DNA of 63,069 nt, filler included, from Octopus bimaculoides (Eukaryota): the NCBI RefSeq assembly GCF_001194135.2. It is 4 parts of 4 records of this genome, joined end to end, with 100 filler letters (N's around TTAATTAATTAA, not from the genome) between each part and the next. Parts side by side here need not be neighbours in the genome. Positions count along the whole stretch, not along the records: positions 1 to 27,032 come from NC_068983.1; 3 more parts are not named here. One strand, written 5' to 3'. This document shows positions 1-13,351 of this stretch, in pieces. The first letter of the stretch is position 1, and each line of letters begins with the position of its first letter. A program made the position numbers and the translations under genes. The notes beneath the pieces are model-generated. The model was not told where the DNA came from, ran no database searches, and worked only from the letters and a program-made list of their open reading frames with translations.

Positions 1-230
1 TAAAAGACACCATTTCGAGCGTGGCCGTTTTCGTGCGGGTGACACGTAAAAGCACCCACTACACTCTCTGAGTGGTTGGCGTTAGGAAGGGCATCCAGCT
101 GTAGAAACTCTGCCAAATCAGACTGGAGCCTGGTGTTGCCATCCGGTTTCACCAGTCCTCAGTCAAATCGTCCAACCCATGCTAGCATGGAAAGCGGACG
201 TTAAACGATGATGATGATGATGATGATGAT
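1..230 (+). mobile_element. SINE-like repeat family C (ends ...CCATGCTAGCATGGAAAGCGGACGTTAAAC + (GAT)n tail)
   Basis: The same sequence recurs at 575-820, 870-950, 965-1100(-), 13518-13795(-), 14640-15065(-), 15560-15711, 53390-53990(-). The (GAT)n tail is typical of retroposed elements. Confidence 0.85.
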
Positions 231-574
231 ATACACACACACACTCACACAGCAGGCTTCCACACAGTTTCCGTTTACCAAATTCACTCATAGGGCTTTG
301 GTCAGCTGGGGCTATAATAGAAAACACTTGTGCAATGCGTTGGAACTGTGTATCATTTTTTTCTTCTTATTTTTAACAGAGAATAAGATAAGAAAGGACT
401 TTAGAACTTTAAATCCAATTAGTTCTTTTGTGTCAATTTGGGTTTGATGTTTCTGTAAATTTTCATATTCTGTTTGAGTCATACATTCAGTATGGTCAAG
501 TTGTCATGAGTGCAAAACTTGTGTTGTGCTTCTAACTATAGAACATAACTCCCAGTTCACAAGTAATATATACG

Positions 575-1100
575 GCACGTAAAAAGCACCATCTGAGCGT
601 GATCAATGCCAGGCTCACCTGACTGGCTCCTGTACTGCTGGGACATAAAAAGCACCCACTGCACTCTCAGAGTGGTTAGCGTTAGGAAGGACATCCAGTG
701 GTAGAAACATTGGATCAGATTGGAGCCTGCTGTAGCTGCTGGCTTTCCAGACCTGTCAAACCGTCCAACCCATGCCAGCATGGAAAACGGACGTTAAATG
801 ATGATGATGATGATGATGAAAAATAATTGTTGTACCAAAACATTTGCACTTACAATTTCTTGGATGTAAGAGGTTTCACCAGTCCTCAGTCAAATCGTCC
901 AACCCATGCTAGCATAGAAGGCAGACGTTAAACGATGATGATGATGATATACATTGCCATCTTTATCATCATTTAGCATTCGTTTTCTATGCTGCCTTGG
1001 GTTGGACAGTTTGACAAGATCCAGTGAGCTGCAGAGCTGCATCGAGCTCTAATGTCAGCTTTGGTATGGCTTCTATAGTTGGATGCCCTTCCTAACGCCT
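575..1100. mobile_element. Cluster of family C repeat copies (two +, one -)
   Basis: Direct similarity to 1-230. The copy at 965-1100 is inverted. Confidence 0.8.
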
Positions 1101-1380
1101 ATAAATACATATTATACATGAAAATTATGTCCAGCAATATCATTGTGTGATGCCCCTTTTTGTTGCCATGCTTGCATGGGATCAGACAGAATTTGTTGAG
1201 AAAGTCTTTGTATGTTTATATAAAGATGTATTTGTGTGATTCAAGTTCATCCTTCCTACCTTCTCCATTGCTTGAAACTCCATGCATGTATAGTTGCAAG
1301 TTTGTTTTACATAATATTTTGATGATCTTCATGCCGACTGCATCAAAAATGGATGAATGAACTATAAAAATATTGAAAGG

Positions 1381-1600
1381 CAGCGACCTGGCAGAAACGT
1401 TAGCACGCTGGGCGAAATGCTTAGCAGTATTTTGTCTGTTTAAAAACTCTGAGTTCAAATCCCACTGAGTTCGACTTTGCCTTTCATCTTTCGGAGTCGA
1501 TAAATTAAGTACCAGTTGTGTACTGGGGCCGATCTAATTGACTGGCCTCCTCCCCCAAAACTTCAGGCCTTGTGCCTAACATAGAAAAGAATATGGTCAT
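1381..1600 (+). mobile_element. tRNA-derived SINE family A
   Basis: Head (G)GCGAGCTGGCAGAA..GAGTTCAAAT with Pol III A/B-box-like motifs. The body GTCGACTTTGCCTTTCATC...GTCGATAAATTAAGTACCAG is shared with more than 10 copies in the window. Confidence 0.85.
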
Positions 1601-2576
1601 AGTTTGATTGCTTGGCAGAGGATAAACAACGCAACAAAAGCTGTGGAGGGTTTTAAATATTTGTCCCCACAAATAAACCTTNNNNNNNNNNNNNNNNNNN
1701 NNNNNNNNNNNNNNNNNNNNNNNNNNNNNNNNNNNNNNNNNNNNNNNNNNNNNNNNNNNNNNNNNNNNNNNNNNNNNNNNNNNNNNNNNNNNNNNNNNNN
1801 NNNNNNNNNNNNNNNNNNNNNNNNNNNNNNNNNNNNNNNNNNNNNNNNNNNNNNNNNNNNNNNNNNNNNNNNNNNNNNNNNNNNNNNNNNNNNNNNNNNN
1901 NNNNNNNNNNNNNNNNNNNNNNNNNNNNNNNNNNNNNNNNNNNNNNNNNNNNNNNNNNNNNNNNNNNNNNNNNNNNNNNNNNNNNNNNNNNNNNNNNNNN
2001 NNNNNNNNNNNNNNNNNNNNNNNNNNNNNNNNNNNNNNNNNNNNNNNNNNNNNNNNNNNNNNNNNNNNNNNNNNNNNNNNNNNNNNNNNNNNNNNNNNNN
2101 NNNNNNNNNNNNNNNNNNNNNNNNNNNNNNNNNNNNNNNNNNNNNNNNNNNNNNNNNNNNNNNNNNNNNNNNNNNNNNNNNNNNNNNNNNNNNNNNNNNN
2201 NNNNNNNNNNNNNNNNNNNNNNNNNNNNNNNNNNNNNNNNNNNNNNNNNNNNNNNNNNNNNNNNNNNNNNNNNNNNNNNNNNNNNNNNNNNNNNNNNNNN
2301 NNNNNNNNNNNNNNNNNNNNNNNNNNNNNNNNNNNNNNNNNNNNNNNNNNNNNNNNNNNNNNNNNNNNNNNNNNNNCGTTTATCACTGTCTGAGAAACCA
2401 CTAGAAGGTGAGATTTTTTTTTTTTCTCTCTCTCTCTCAAAATGCATCATAGTATTTAGTTTTTATTCTGTAATGATATGAATTTGAGTCTCATTTGACT
2501 CGCCAACAGCTTGACATACAAAATTGATCCCTGTTATTTTAATCAGGGTGGGAGGTCTGCTGATAATCCCTTAGAG

Positions 2577-2742
2577 CAGGGGTTTTCAAACTGTGGTCCC
2601 CGGACCACAGGAGGTCCGCAAGGACAAGACAGGGGGTCCGTGGACAGCAAATACTTTTTATGGGCAATTTGATTTTATATATCTCTAAGGTAAAGCCTGA
2701 AATATAAAGGGGTCCACAAGTCAAAAAGTTTGAAAACCCCTG
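2577..2742. mobile_element. Non-autonomous hAT (Charlie-like) MITE, 166 bp
   Basis: Perfect 16-bp TIR CAGGGGTTTTCAAACT / AGTTTGAAAACCCCTG. Perfect 8-bp TSD CCTTAGAG at 2569-2576 and 2743-2750. Confidence 0.92.
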
Positions 2743-4111
2743 CCTTAGAGGAATTCAATAATGTTTACAATGCTCGTGCCGCTTCTTATTCATATTTGAA
2801 TTTATTCCTATGCATGCATCATCGGGGCATCCCAGCAGATGGTTTTTACACTATTTTACAAATAGCCATGGACAGGCTGTTCAATTTGCATCAGATTCGA
2901 TTCAGGTACGTGATGTTGATAAGCCACAAAAATGGTGAAATATCGATGTCCATTGCTCTTGGATGGGACTTGGGGGAGTTGTTTCACTTGTCTTTGGCTG
3001 TCTTTGAGAGAGTCACTTCCTCTGCATCAAATCGCAGCAAACAAGCAAAGCATATACATTGTATATGTGCATTCGATAACACATACATACACACACACAC
3101 ACCTTATTTCCAGTCCCAAATGTCAAATGATGATGATGATATTTAATTTTCTTGTTTCTCTTTTTCTTGCCAGATGAGAGTGACTCAATATTAGTTGATT
3201 GAGAAGTTTTGAAACAAGGAAACAACCAGTAAAGTCTTGCAGACCTTTCTTTCAAAATAATCACCAATAGCTGGTGGCTTCTGAAAAAAAAAAAAAAGAA
3301 AACTTGTAAGGGAAAACTTCCTATTTCAGCCCCAGTGGGGTTTTCTTCACCCTTTTTTTTTTTTTTTTCTATTCAGCTGAGAACTTGTCTGAACTGTGAT
3401 GTATTATATGTCTCTATGGCAGTGCCAACATCATTTTGGAAATGGAGCTAATAATTCTGTTTTCCTATGATCTTGATAATGAGCATGAAATATGCAGTGC
3501 TTCATAAAGGACCAATATTCTTAGTGAAAGTTTCCCCACCATTAGATTGGTCACTTGGCTTGAAATGCCAAAATGCCAAGCTTCTTAGGTTGTCTTGGAA
3601 TAACCTCTTCTGTTTTTTTAAAAATTTTTTTTTTACCAAAGATTTTATATTCTGCATGTAAATAAATTTTGATCTTAATTTCTTAGAATTATCTCCCCAG
3701 TTCTATGAGCGTCACTAACAAATATAATGGTCAGGATTTTTTTCTTTCTTTCATTCTTGGAGATGAAAAAATTCCAAGCCATACAGCACACCTCCTCTTA
3801 ACTCATCTTAATTCATGCCATTAACACACTTGAGTTGCTTCCTTTTAGCTCATTAAAGATACTTGTTTTTGATTACACAAATTATACTAGTCATATATAT
3901 ATATTATATATATATATATCTCAATAATGATTCTTTATTTGTGAATTAAGGTTAGCATTGGTTTCATGTTAAAGAATATCTCAACAATTATTCAAGCTTA
4001 TCACATAGAAAAATCGTGTTCATCTCCCTAACATGAAACCAGTGGTAACCTTAATTCACAAATAAAGTGTGTGTGTGTGTGTGTGTGTATATATCTGTGT
4101 TTATGTATGTA

Positions 4112-4166
<55 letters not shown>

Positions 4167-5052
4167 GCTTCTCACCCAATCAAAAGCTTGCAAATTAATT
4201 TAAAGAGATTCATTTTTAATTTCTTTAAGTTATCTCCCTTTTTCTTAGTCACAATTACCGTTAGACTTTTTTAATTTTTCTTTTTCCCACCAAAAGGAAA
4301 ATTTTATTTATTAATATTATTTTTTTTTGTTTGCTTACATCATTCTTCAAATCGGCATTAATTTATTTATCTAAATTCAGTTACTTCCTGTAGCCATTTT
4401 TCATTTTAATTTTTTTTTTCCTCCTACATGTGATTGTCGTTCAACCCTGTCTCTGCTCCTACTGGTCAGTCTTCATTATGAATGACATTCCACCCACGAC
4501 AATCCTGTCTTTTTTTTTCTTTTGCTTTTCCTAATGGGTCAAGAATGAGCATCTATGTAGAGAGCTCTCTTGTTGGTTAGCCTATCTTTCTACTTACCAA
4601 CAAGAGAAATGCATGGCTATCATTAGACTGGAATGTCTTGTAAACACTTAATGATGATCTGGTTCACATTGTATAACCTCCAGTACCTCTTGTGTATCAT
4701 TCTGTTTAGAAGGCTATTTTAGAAGCCTCAAATGTAGCTGCTGTTCTTTGTCCTTCTACAATGGCACAACTGAATACCAGGCAAGTGTTGCAATGCCATA
4801 ACAGATATAATTTTCGTTTGTATCATAGTCCACCCCTTCTTTATATCAAAATAAAATACCTTCCAAATGCATTTTTTTATTACTGCTTACAGGTAAAGCA
4901 ATAAAGTAAAAATTCTAATTTCTTAATTTCATATTCCAATGTTAATATTGTATATATATTTATATATGAGTGAATTTTTTTCAATAAAGTTTAATTTTTT
5001 TCATCTCTAATTTACTGTTGTTAGATATTATTTTGTCTTATAATTGTGGACT

Positions 5053-5640
5053 AGATGTGTTTGAGATGCGATGTCTGAGGGCTATGCTTGGTGTGACACA
5101 GATGGACAGGATGAGGAATGAGGAGGTGCGAAGATGAGCAGGGATGAAAGGAAAACTAACAACCAAATTCGATAGACGGATGTTGAGGTGGTTTGGCCAC
5201 ATAGAGAGGATGGATGAAGAGCGGATGGTAAGGAGGGTGATGAAGGCAGAAGTGGTAGGCAGCAGAACCAGAGGCAGACCTCAGTTTGTGTGGATGGATG
5301 GATGGATGGAGTGAGGAAATTTTTGGTGGTTACAGGTGTTGGAGTGAGAGAGGCAAGGGAGTTTATAAATGATAGGAAAGCTTGGAAAGTGTTTATGGAC
5401 AAATGAGTGAATTATGATGCTGCGCAAAGGGGTACAGAACCAGCATGATGCGGAGGGGGTAAACCAGCATATGCTGTCGGGGGCCCCGCTGCTGATATTG
5501 GGAGTTGTGTTCTATGCCTTGACCCGAGCATAGAACGGGACTTCCCCGTTTGAGCTGGGAAATGAATGGAAAACCTGATGTGTGTCTTGCTCTGGTTACC
5601 CCCTCCTAAAAGAGTGGGGAATAGGCCTGCGTATATGTAT
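5053..5640 (+). mobile_element. RTE-clade LINE, 3' end of ORF plus 3' UTR (decayed)
   Basis: Translates as DVFEMRCLRAMLGVTQMDRMRNEEVRR*AGMKGKLTTKFDRRMLRWFGHIERMDEERMVRRVMKAEVVGSRTRGRP. LRWFGH and RGRP are characteristic C-terminal RTE motifs. Confidence 0.88.
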
Positions 5641-6054
5641 ATATGTAATTGTTGACAAGTTTAGGGTGAAGTGGTTGAACTATTGGATGACAACAAACTG
5701 AGAGATTTGTAGTTCATATTTTATCAGTACTGCCCCATGGTATGGAGGTACATGGCCTTACTGGTTATGGTGTTGCACTCACAATCTTGCAATTTCAGTT
5801 TTGATTGCATTGTGTTCATTTAACCCTTTCGTTACCATATTTATTTTGAGATGCTTTGTGATTCTTTCAATTATTTTTGATGGCATTGTGTTCATTTAAC
5901 CCTTTCATTCAAAGTCTTAGTAAGTAGGAAGGCTGTCAAATCACAAACCCCTTCAGGCAGATGGCCCTGCTTGATCTGTAGAAAGGGCATGGGTAGAAAA
6001 CTCCATACAATGTTCCCAGTGTAATCTATGGACACATAAGATGTGCAACAATAA

Positions 6055-6365
6055 TCAAAGGAAGGTTAACCGGGAAGATAGTTTTTGTGTGTGGCAGATA
6101 CACAGGGGCAATAAACACCGAAAATGTTCAGAAAACAGATTCCATTACATGCCAGGAGGAGAAACTAGAGGTAATAGTTTCTGCTACCTAGGTGACCAAG
6201 TCTGTAGTGGGAGGGGGGTTTGCCCTGAGAGTGTAGCAGCTAGAATAAGAATAGCCTGGGCAAAGTTCAGGGAGCTCCTACCTCTGCTGGCAACTAAGGG
6301 CCCCTTTTGTCAGGATGAAAGGTAGACTGTATGATGCATGTGTGTGAACTGCCATGCTACACTGG
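6055..6365 (+). mobile_element. RTE-clade LINE reverse-transcriptase fragment
   Basis: SFCYLGDQV..ESVAARIRIAWAKFRELLPLLATKG..KGRLYDACV.TAMLH (YLG thumb region), with frameshifts. Confidence 0.88.
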
Positions 6366-8599
6366 TTCACATGGCGGAGACATAGCCCACCCCTCCTACG
6401 TTATTTAATTATTTATTTATTTTTACGGAAACCCACGTTTTCGGCGATGGAGATTCNNNNNNNNNNNNNNNNNNNNNNNNNNNNNNNNNNNNNNNNNNNN
6501 NNNNNNNNNNNNNNNNNNNNNNNNNNNNNNNNNNNNNNNNNNNNNNNNNNNNNNNNNNNNNNNNNNNNNNNNNNNNNNNNNNNNNNNNNNNNNNNNNNNN
6601 NNNNNNNNNNNNNNNNNNNNNNNNNNNNNNNNNNNNNNNNNNNNNNNNNNNNNNNNNNNNNNNNNNNNNNNNNNNNNNNNNNNNNNNNNNNNNNNNNNNN
6701 NNNNNNNNNNNNNNNNNNNNNNNNNNNNNNNNNNNNNNNNNNNNNNNNNNNNNNNNNNNNNNNNNNNNNNNTTTCTGTAAAAAAAAATTTTTTTAATTAT
6801 GGTGGGGAGGGGTTGGGTTACGTCTCCACCATGCGTGCCGACATTGCTATCAAAATTGTCCTACTTACAAAACAAATTGAAAACGAACTAAAGCAGACAG
6901 CATAAAAAAAAAAAGCCTACAGAAAAGTTCATTCAATCTATTTGTTTAGAGCAATTCATCAGCAGCAACAACGACAGTAGAAGCAACATACTAACCTCGT
7001 TGAACTCAGGCGCGTCCATCGCTTCACTGCTGGTACTGCATATTGTCTCCACCCTTTAGTTATCACACCTACTACCATGGCAACTGAAGCTGAACATACT
7101 CATCCTCATCTACTACTACTAGAAAGAAGCTATCACTCTTTCCTTCTTCATCTCGATCCATCAGTACATCTACTAACATTACAGCCCCACCAAATTACTC
7201 GGGGACAACTTCCCTAAAAAGACAATTGCCACACATTCCACCCGCACGAATAAAATAGAATCACCAAATTTGCCACTATTTCTACGTGAGAGAATAAGCT
7301 TACAACATGACTATCCCTTTGTCTACCTCCCAGGAGCTAGGCGCTCGGTTAAGTAGCCTACTCCTAACCAATACCGTACCACTACCAAAAACAACATCGT
7401 TACATATCCGCTCTCCATTAAGTTCAACCTCATCAAACCTGCTGTCTATCTCAACAGCACAAAGACCAACCGTTACAGTAACACCAACCTTTGTTATACC
7501 ATTGCTGTTCTGATTCTTTCACACTCAGAGGAAAAAAGCAACGATCGCAACTATATTTGGTTGTGCAACTATAACTAGAGTGACACCAGCTGCCAACCAT
7601 TCTCTAACCAAGAGAACTCTGTTTTAAGTCATACAGAATCTGACAAAAGTAATCCAGAAAAGCCTTCTCAGACTGTACTGTTAGCTGCACTGGCCCATCA
7701 ATGTGAATGATACAAGGGCTTTGGAACAACACAAAGAAACAGCTACATTATCAGCGGAGTGGCTACGTGTGCAGACGGGCACATAGCAGGCATTTTCCTT
7801 GCAATTAATCACTGCATGTTGGTACGTATTGTATAGTCTTCACATTGGCAGTAAATAATATGGTGTATCTGGAACAACAGATCTGTTGATCATAATCTAC
7901 GTCTGGTTTATTCAAATATCGATCTGCTCCATCAGAGCTGTCCCAGTGCAATATAAAAACAGCAATGTTCCATCACTCGTTATATTGATGTCATAAGAGG
8001 TGGCCTTTCGTCTGTCTTTACATTCTGAGTTCGAATTCCGCGCCAAGGTCGACTTTGCCTTTCATCCTCTCATTCCAAACATTAAGGGCTGAATTGCCAA
8101 ACTACACCCAATCCCTTTCTGAACCCCCAATCTGCACTGAATCTAACCTCAGTTGTCACTTAGGCACTGAGGCGAAAAATAAAGACTTTACCCTCAGTAG
8201 CACAGACGGCACAGACCGAAGAAAGGGAAGTTGCTATTTTCCTCCACGATTTCCTTACCACAAGGGACTTATTTTCCAATGGCTACTGCGAATCAGTGCT
8301 TTCAGGAGAAAAGAGATGCCTGAGATGGCCTATAGACCATCTCAAGCATCTCTTCTCTCCTTACTAGAATACTTCTATAAAATGAAACTCTTCATCCAAC
8401 AATGCAATTTAGTAACAAGAAAACAGCCACAAAATGTCAGGTGATTTCCCCCTGTACTCCGACTAATCATATGGGAGATGCTGTCGTGTAATCGCGTAAT
8501 TTGAACGGAAATTTCCGTGCAGTTTCCCACCAAAATACGGTCATACATGTACACACAAGAGACAACCAACACTGATGTTTGAGAGAAGGTTGACGAATG

Positions 8600-8910
8600 C
8601 AGAGGATTCTTGATAAGCTATGACCTCGGGTAAAAAAGAATTTCCTCGTCTACAACGCACACATAAGTTTCCCCGCTTCTCGCCAACACGAAGATACAGC
8701 GATCTTACACCTAACCAAATAACTGTGCACAGATATATTCCTGGCTTAACATTCTTGACGTTTAATATCCATACCTTTATGTAAATAAATGTGACCCATT
8801 GGAAACTTAATATGGTGACTTGCTTTTTATATGGGGAAACAACGCGGAACTTCAACAAGTATCTATGACCCATCAAACCATTTTATACACAAATAAACTC
8901 CTTCATTAAT
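8600..8910 (+). mobile_element. Highly decayed Penelope-like reverse-transcriptase fossil (tentative)
   Basis: Across frames and in the expected order: FLVYNAHISFPASRQHED (in register with LVTxDVxSLYTNIPHEE), LTFNIHTFM*IN (~FxFNxxxYxQIxG), and YGDLLFIWGNNAELQQ...THQTI (~YxDDIFxIW...HPTI). Confidence 0.4.
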
Positions 8911-9099
8911 AGATTTCGGCAACTTAAATTGCCCATATTAGCAAAGCAACCTTTTTTCTACACAGAAATCACTCGTCAACATAATCTCCATCACATGTGA
9001 TTTATTTTCAATCTTTGAAATGCATTCTCGATTCCTCTTTGAAAAAATTCACGTGTGCACTGTTGTGTCCAGTTTTACCTCATCTGTTATAAAATCGAT

Positions 9100-9245
9100 G
9101 TCGCAGAAGACTTTCCTTCATTGAACCGAACTAAGTTGAAGTTGGAAGGCACCAAATCTGGGCTGTACAGTGGATGGGGAACAACCGACCAGCCCAATTT
9201 GCTAATTGCCTGATTTGTTGTCAAAGATGTGTGGTCACGCATTGT
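9100..9245 (-). mobile_element. Mariner transposase fossil
   Basis: The minus strand reads NNA*PH ... PHPLYSPDLVPSNF, matching the mariner motifs DNARPH and HPPYSPDLAPSDF. Confidence 0.8.
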
Positions 9246-9765
9246 TACACATTACATGCTCAAAACATAGATCTAGAATAATAAAAAAAAAGTCACAATG
9301 ATTGGGGATCGGTACTAACACAATTTCTTTCAGAATCGTAATCAACGATGCTTGAAATATCTAAAGAAATTACGATTTTTGGAGACCTAGGTAATTTCCG
9401 ACTCCATTCTATATCAATACTCTGCATTTGGGGTGATGATTTGAAATACCATATAAAGTGTGCTTTTCTGATAAAAAGACAATTTTAGACTCACTGTGAA
9501 AAGCAAAAAATGACTACATTACTCGTTTTTATTTCTGTTATCAGAAAAAGTGAGGTCAAACTGATCACTTTCAAGATTTTTTTGTTTTTTGTCTTTTGAG
9601 GGTGGAACTTTCAGAGAAAGAATGCCTTCACTTCTGTCTGCGAAGAAATAAGTAACTTAGAGCTACTTATAGTGAATATTTGTTTATGAAAGAATTCTAA
9701 TTGATACAGAAATCGTAGGGAAGAGTCAGTTCGTTTATTTTGAATCTAATTACACAGGGATACGT

Positions 9766-9949
9766 TGTTGGCACTCCGTCGCTTACGACGTCGAAGGTTC
9801 CAGTTGATCCGATCAACGGAACAGCCTGCTCGTGAAACTAACGTGCAAGTGGCTGAGCACTCCACAGACACGTGTACCCTTAACGTAGTTCTCGGGGATA
9901 TTCAGCGTGACACAGTGTGGCAAGGCTGACCCTTTGAACTACAGGCACA
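9766..9949 (-). mobile_element. 5'-truncated SINE family D with 12-bp TSD
   Basis: Matches the 3' part of family D. TSD ACAGGGATACGT at 9754-9765 and 9950-9961. Confidence 0.88.
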
Positions 9950-10904
9950 ACAGGGATACGTAAAGAGGAAATAACTCTCAACAATAACCGGTGAAGTAAC
10001 GAACATACAAATCGGATAATGTAATAGCTGAAACGAAAGACTCTGACGAGAAACCTAAACGGGAATTAAATATATTTTAATAAATAAAGAATTATTTAAT
10101 AAACTAATTTTATTTGTCAAAATAGTTTACAATAATTTCAAAATTAAAAAAGATTTTCAATAATAATAAAAATTAATTGCATTTATAAATAACGTTATAA
10201 TTATGATTTTATTTTAAGCGAAACGAAAGTTAATCCTTCTCACATTTTGCATTTTGTAAGTCCAGAACTTCAACCCGGTAACTTTCGAGTTTGAGATTAA
10301 TTGTATCATTTCGACTTGTCTTTTGTTTGTTTGTACTCAACGTGATATCTATTATCTATAGTTTACAGTTTTAATACAGGAGGTAAGTAGAGATATTCTA
10401 ATTTCATCATTAGCATGTCTATTTATGATCAATAGTCTTTAGAAATGTGATATTAGAATCGTGTATGAGCGAGCGGTTAAATTCACGAGGCTGTGATTAA
10501 TAGTTTTGTTTTCTAAAAGTACCTTAGTGTTTACTCTTTTACTTGTTTCAGTCATTTGACTGTGGCCATGCTGGAGTACTTGTTTATTTTTTCTCTTTTG
10601 GCGAAAGCAAAAAGCAATTATTTATTTATCCGGAAAATAACGATGTTTACAATGTTGAATATTTTGTAATTTGACAAATGAGGAAAATGTATGAGCTTAA
10701 TCTAAACCATGGGTCGGCTAAGTGATCCATATTTGGTCCTTGGAGAACTATGTTACAGCTAAGGGGGTCGATAAACATTAGAAACGACTTTGAGCACTAA
10801 GGGGGCTGAATTATCAGCGAACTGGATATGGAAGAGCGCGGTAATTTAAGGCGAAATGTTACTGGTTTTAGCCAAGTATCAATGCAATAACTAGTATTCC
10901 CCAA

Positions 10905-11210
10905 ATACATTTCTACTATAGCCTCGGGAAGACTAAAGCCTTGTGAGTGGATTTGGTAGACGGAAACTGAAAGAAGCCCGTCGTATATATGTATGTGTGT
11001 GTATATGTTTGCGTGTCTGTGTTTGTCCCCCCAACATCGCTTGACAACCGATGCTGGTGTGTTTACGTCCCCGTAAATTAGCGGTTCGGAAAAAAGAGAC
11101 CGATAGAATAAGTACTAGGCTTACAAAGAATAAGTCCTGGGGTCGATTTGCTCGACTGAAGGTGGTGCTCCAGCATGGCCACAGTCAAATGACTGAAACA
11201 AGTAAAAGAG
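10905..11210 (+). mobile_element. tRNA-derived SINE family B (internal microsatellite), 5'-truncated
   Basis: CTACTATAGCCTCGG...GAAAGAAGCCCGTCG-(TA/TG)n-...CAGTCAAATGACTGAAACAAGTAAAAGA, recurring many times in the window. Confidence 0.88.
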
Positions 11211-11989
11211 TATTAAACATTTTGACTTATTGAAAAAGTTGAAAGACGTAACGGAAATTTTTTGGAAAAATGAATAAGTAAATGAGTGGAAACTTTACCA
11301 GTGAGTGTGTTAAATAATGAGGCACTAAAAGAGAATGACTCCCCAGAAACAATAAAATATAATATGACTTAATTTTTTATTGTTCGTTATCAATTTCATT
11401 ATGTATTTTCATTAAATTTCTTTAAATATTTCTTAGTAAAAAGCGGTAATGACACAAAATAAAGGAATTAGTTTTTTTTATGAATTATACTTTTTAAATT
11501 TTATTTCAGAAATTTATATAAGTGTCAATAAGTTATGGACGATTCCACGAAGTTTGCCGACACCTGATGTAAACAGACACATGTTTTTTATGTTGCTTAT
11601 TCAGGCAATTTATACTTGCTCCCGTCATTTAGTTTTTTCAATCGAAATATATTTAACTACTTGACGTGGAGAACTAACCTAGCGAAATTAAATACTGACT
11701 GGCATTCTATCATATCTGCCAATGTGTCGCCTTGATCTGACATCCGATATGTTGTGACAATTATGCCTTCTTCAAGGACGATCGATGGTGGATGTGAAGT
11801 CACTTCACTCAAGAATTGAGAGCGAGTCGTTTAATTTTTTCTCTGCAGATGACGACTTCAAACAGATACACTCAAGAAAAATAAGAGTGTAATTGAGTTT
11901 GAGTTCTCCCATGAAATTAAGTTATCTGCAACAGGCAAGCGCACTACCTACAAATCCTTAGGACATCAGTTTTATTAAGGAGTGTGGGC

Positions 11990-12130
11990 TGTCATGGCCT
12001 AGTGGTTAATGAATAAGCTTATGGGTTAAATTCCTGGACCTGGCAGCACATTGTGTCTTCCAGTAAAGTACTTCATTTTATGTTGCTCCAGTTTACAAAG
12101 CTGAAACTAAACACCAGTTGAGTGCTGATG
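11990..12130 (+). mobile_element. Old tRNA-derived SINE family E copy
   Basis: Degenerate match to the element at 33345-33830 (head ATGGCCTAGTGGTT, core TTCATTTTATGTTGCTCCAGT). Confidence 0.55.
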
Positions 12131-12367
12131 CAGTTCTCTCTCTTCCTCCAGTTGTCATGGCTTTGACATTCTGAGGATGTTTGTCTTGTGACTACAGAGG
12201 CACCTAAAACAATTATTAAAAACACAGTACATGCTACCAAGTCATACTTGTAAGTAATGGCTATGATATTTTGGGGGCCTCAAAAATAATTGCCAATGTT
12301 GATAGGATTTTTATAGCAGTCTGGATATTTAATATTTTAATTTTTTTAATATGTGTTTATTTTCAGA

Positions 12368-12461
12368 ATGTCTGGTCGAAAGCAAACACCAAGTGATTTT
12401 TTAAAGCAAATTATTGGGCGTCCTGTAGTGGTAAAATTGAACTCTGGTGTGGATTATCGAG
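12368..12461 (+). CDS. LSM6: U6 snRNA-associated Sm-like protein LSm6, coding exon 1 of 3
   Basis: Acceptor tttcag at 12361-12366, ATG at 12368. Encodes MSGRKQTPSDFLKQIIGRPVVVKLNSGVDYR+G. Donor GT at 12462 (phase 1). Confidence 0.97.
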
Positions 12462-13351
12462 GTTTGTAAAAAGATTCCTATATAGATTTATTATTATACT
12501 GAATTCATTTATTTAATCTTTTTGTTGTAATAACTGCCTTAATGAAACTCATTAGCTTATAAATGCTTAAAATTGTGAATAAGAAATTTGTGATGAAATT
12601 TCAACATTTTAATCAAAATTTATATAAATATAGAATCTAAAACTAGGAGACAGACAGACCTGATGTTGACCTGGAATAGAGAGGGCATTTTATTGAAGAG
12701 GTTGCAAGTATTGATGAAAGGTTTTTGACAAACCTAACTGATTGATTAATCAATCAACCAATTAGTTAATTGGTTAAATAGTCAACTAATTATGAATAAT
12801 AAAGAAATGAAATAGAACCACTGTGTATGTTTATTATTGGCACAATGACCCTCCCAAGATACAACAAAATATTTCTAGATTTGATCTAAAATAATTTTGG
12901 TTTATACCCTAGAGAGAACATGGATCTCTTTTTAAGAGGTTATAGCCCCAAACTTGTTTTAGAGGAAGGAAGGTATGGTTGTTGTGCCTTTATAAATAAG
13001 GAATAATGGCAACTGTAAAGTTAAAGACAAGATACAATGGCTGTAAAATCAGTGCTGAACTCCACATTGCTCAGATCTTACTGCTGTTATTATGTATCTC
13101 TGAGTAAGGTACCTAATTCTGCTTTTATCATTTTGCTTTGTGGAATAAAAAAAAATTAGCTCCATTTCATGCAGCTCAGTGAAGGGGTCAGGAGTAAAGA
13201 GAGTAAGCATGAAACTGTTTAGTCAAACAAATGAAATAAATATCTAAGACAATAAAAGAAAAGTAAACGAATGCATTTGTATATCTTTTTGTGTAAGATT
13301 ACCATCATCTAATGAGAACTCTTTGATACTAGTGAACAAATTAAGGAGATA

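Noticed and set aside
2730-3146. 138-aa + strand ORF, and nearby splice-like signals on both strands (2.8-4.9 kb)
   Set aside because: The ORF starts inside a MITE and runs through a (CA)n tract. I could not build a phase-consistent exon chain or recognise a protein.
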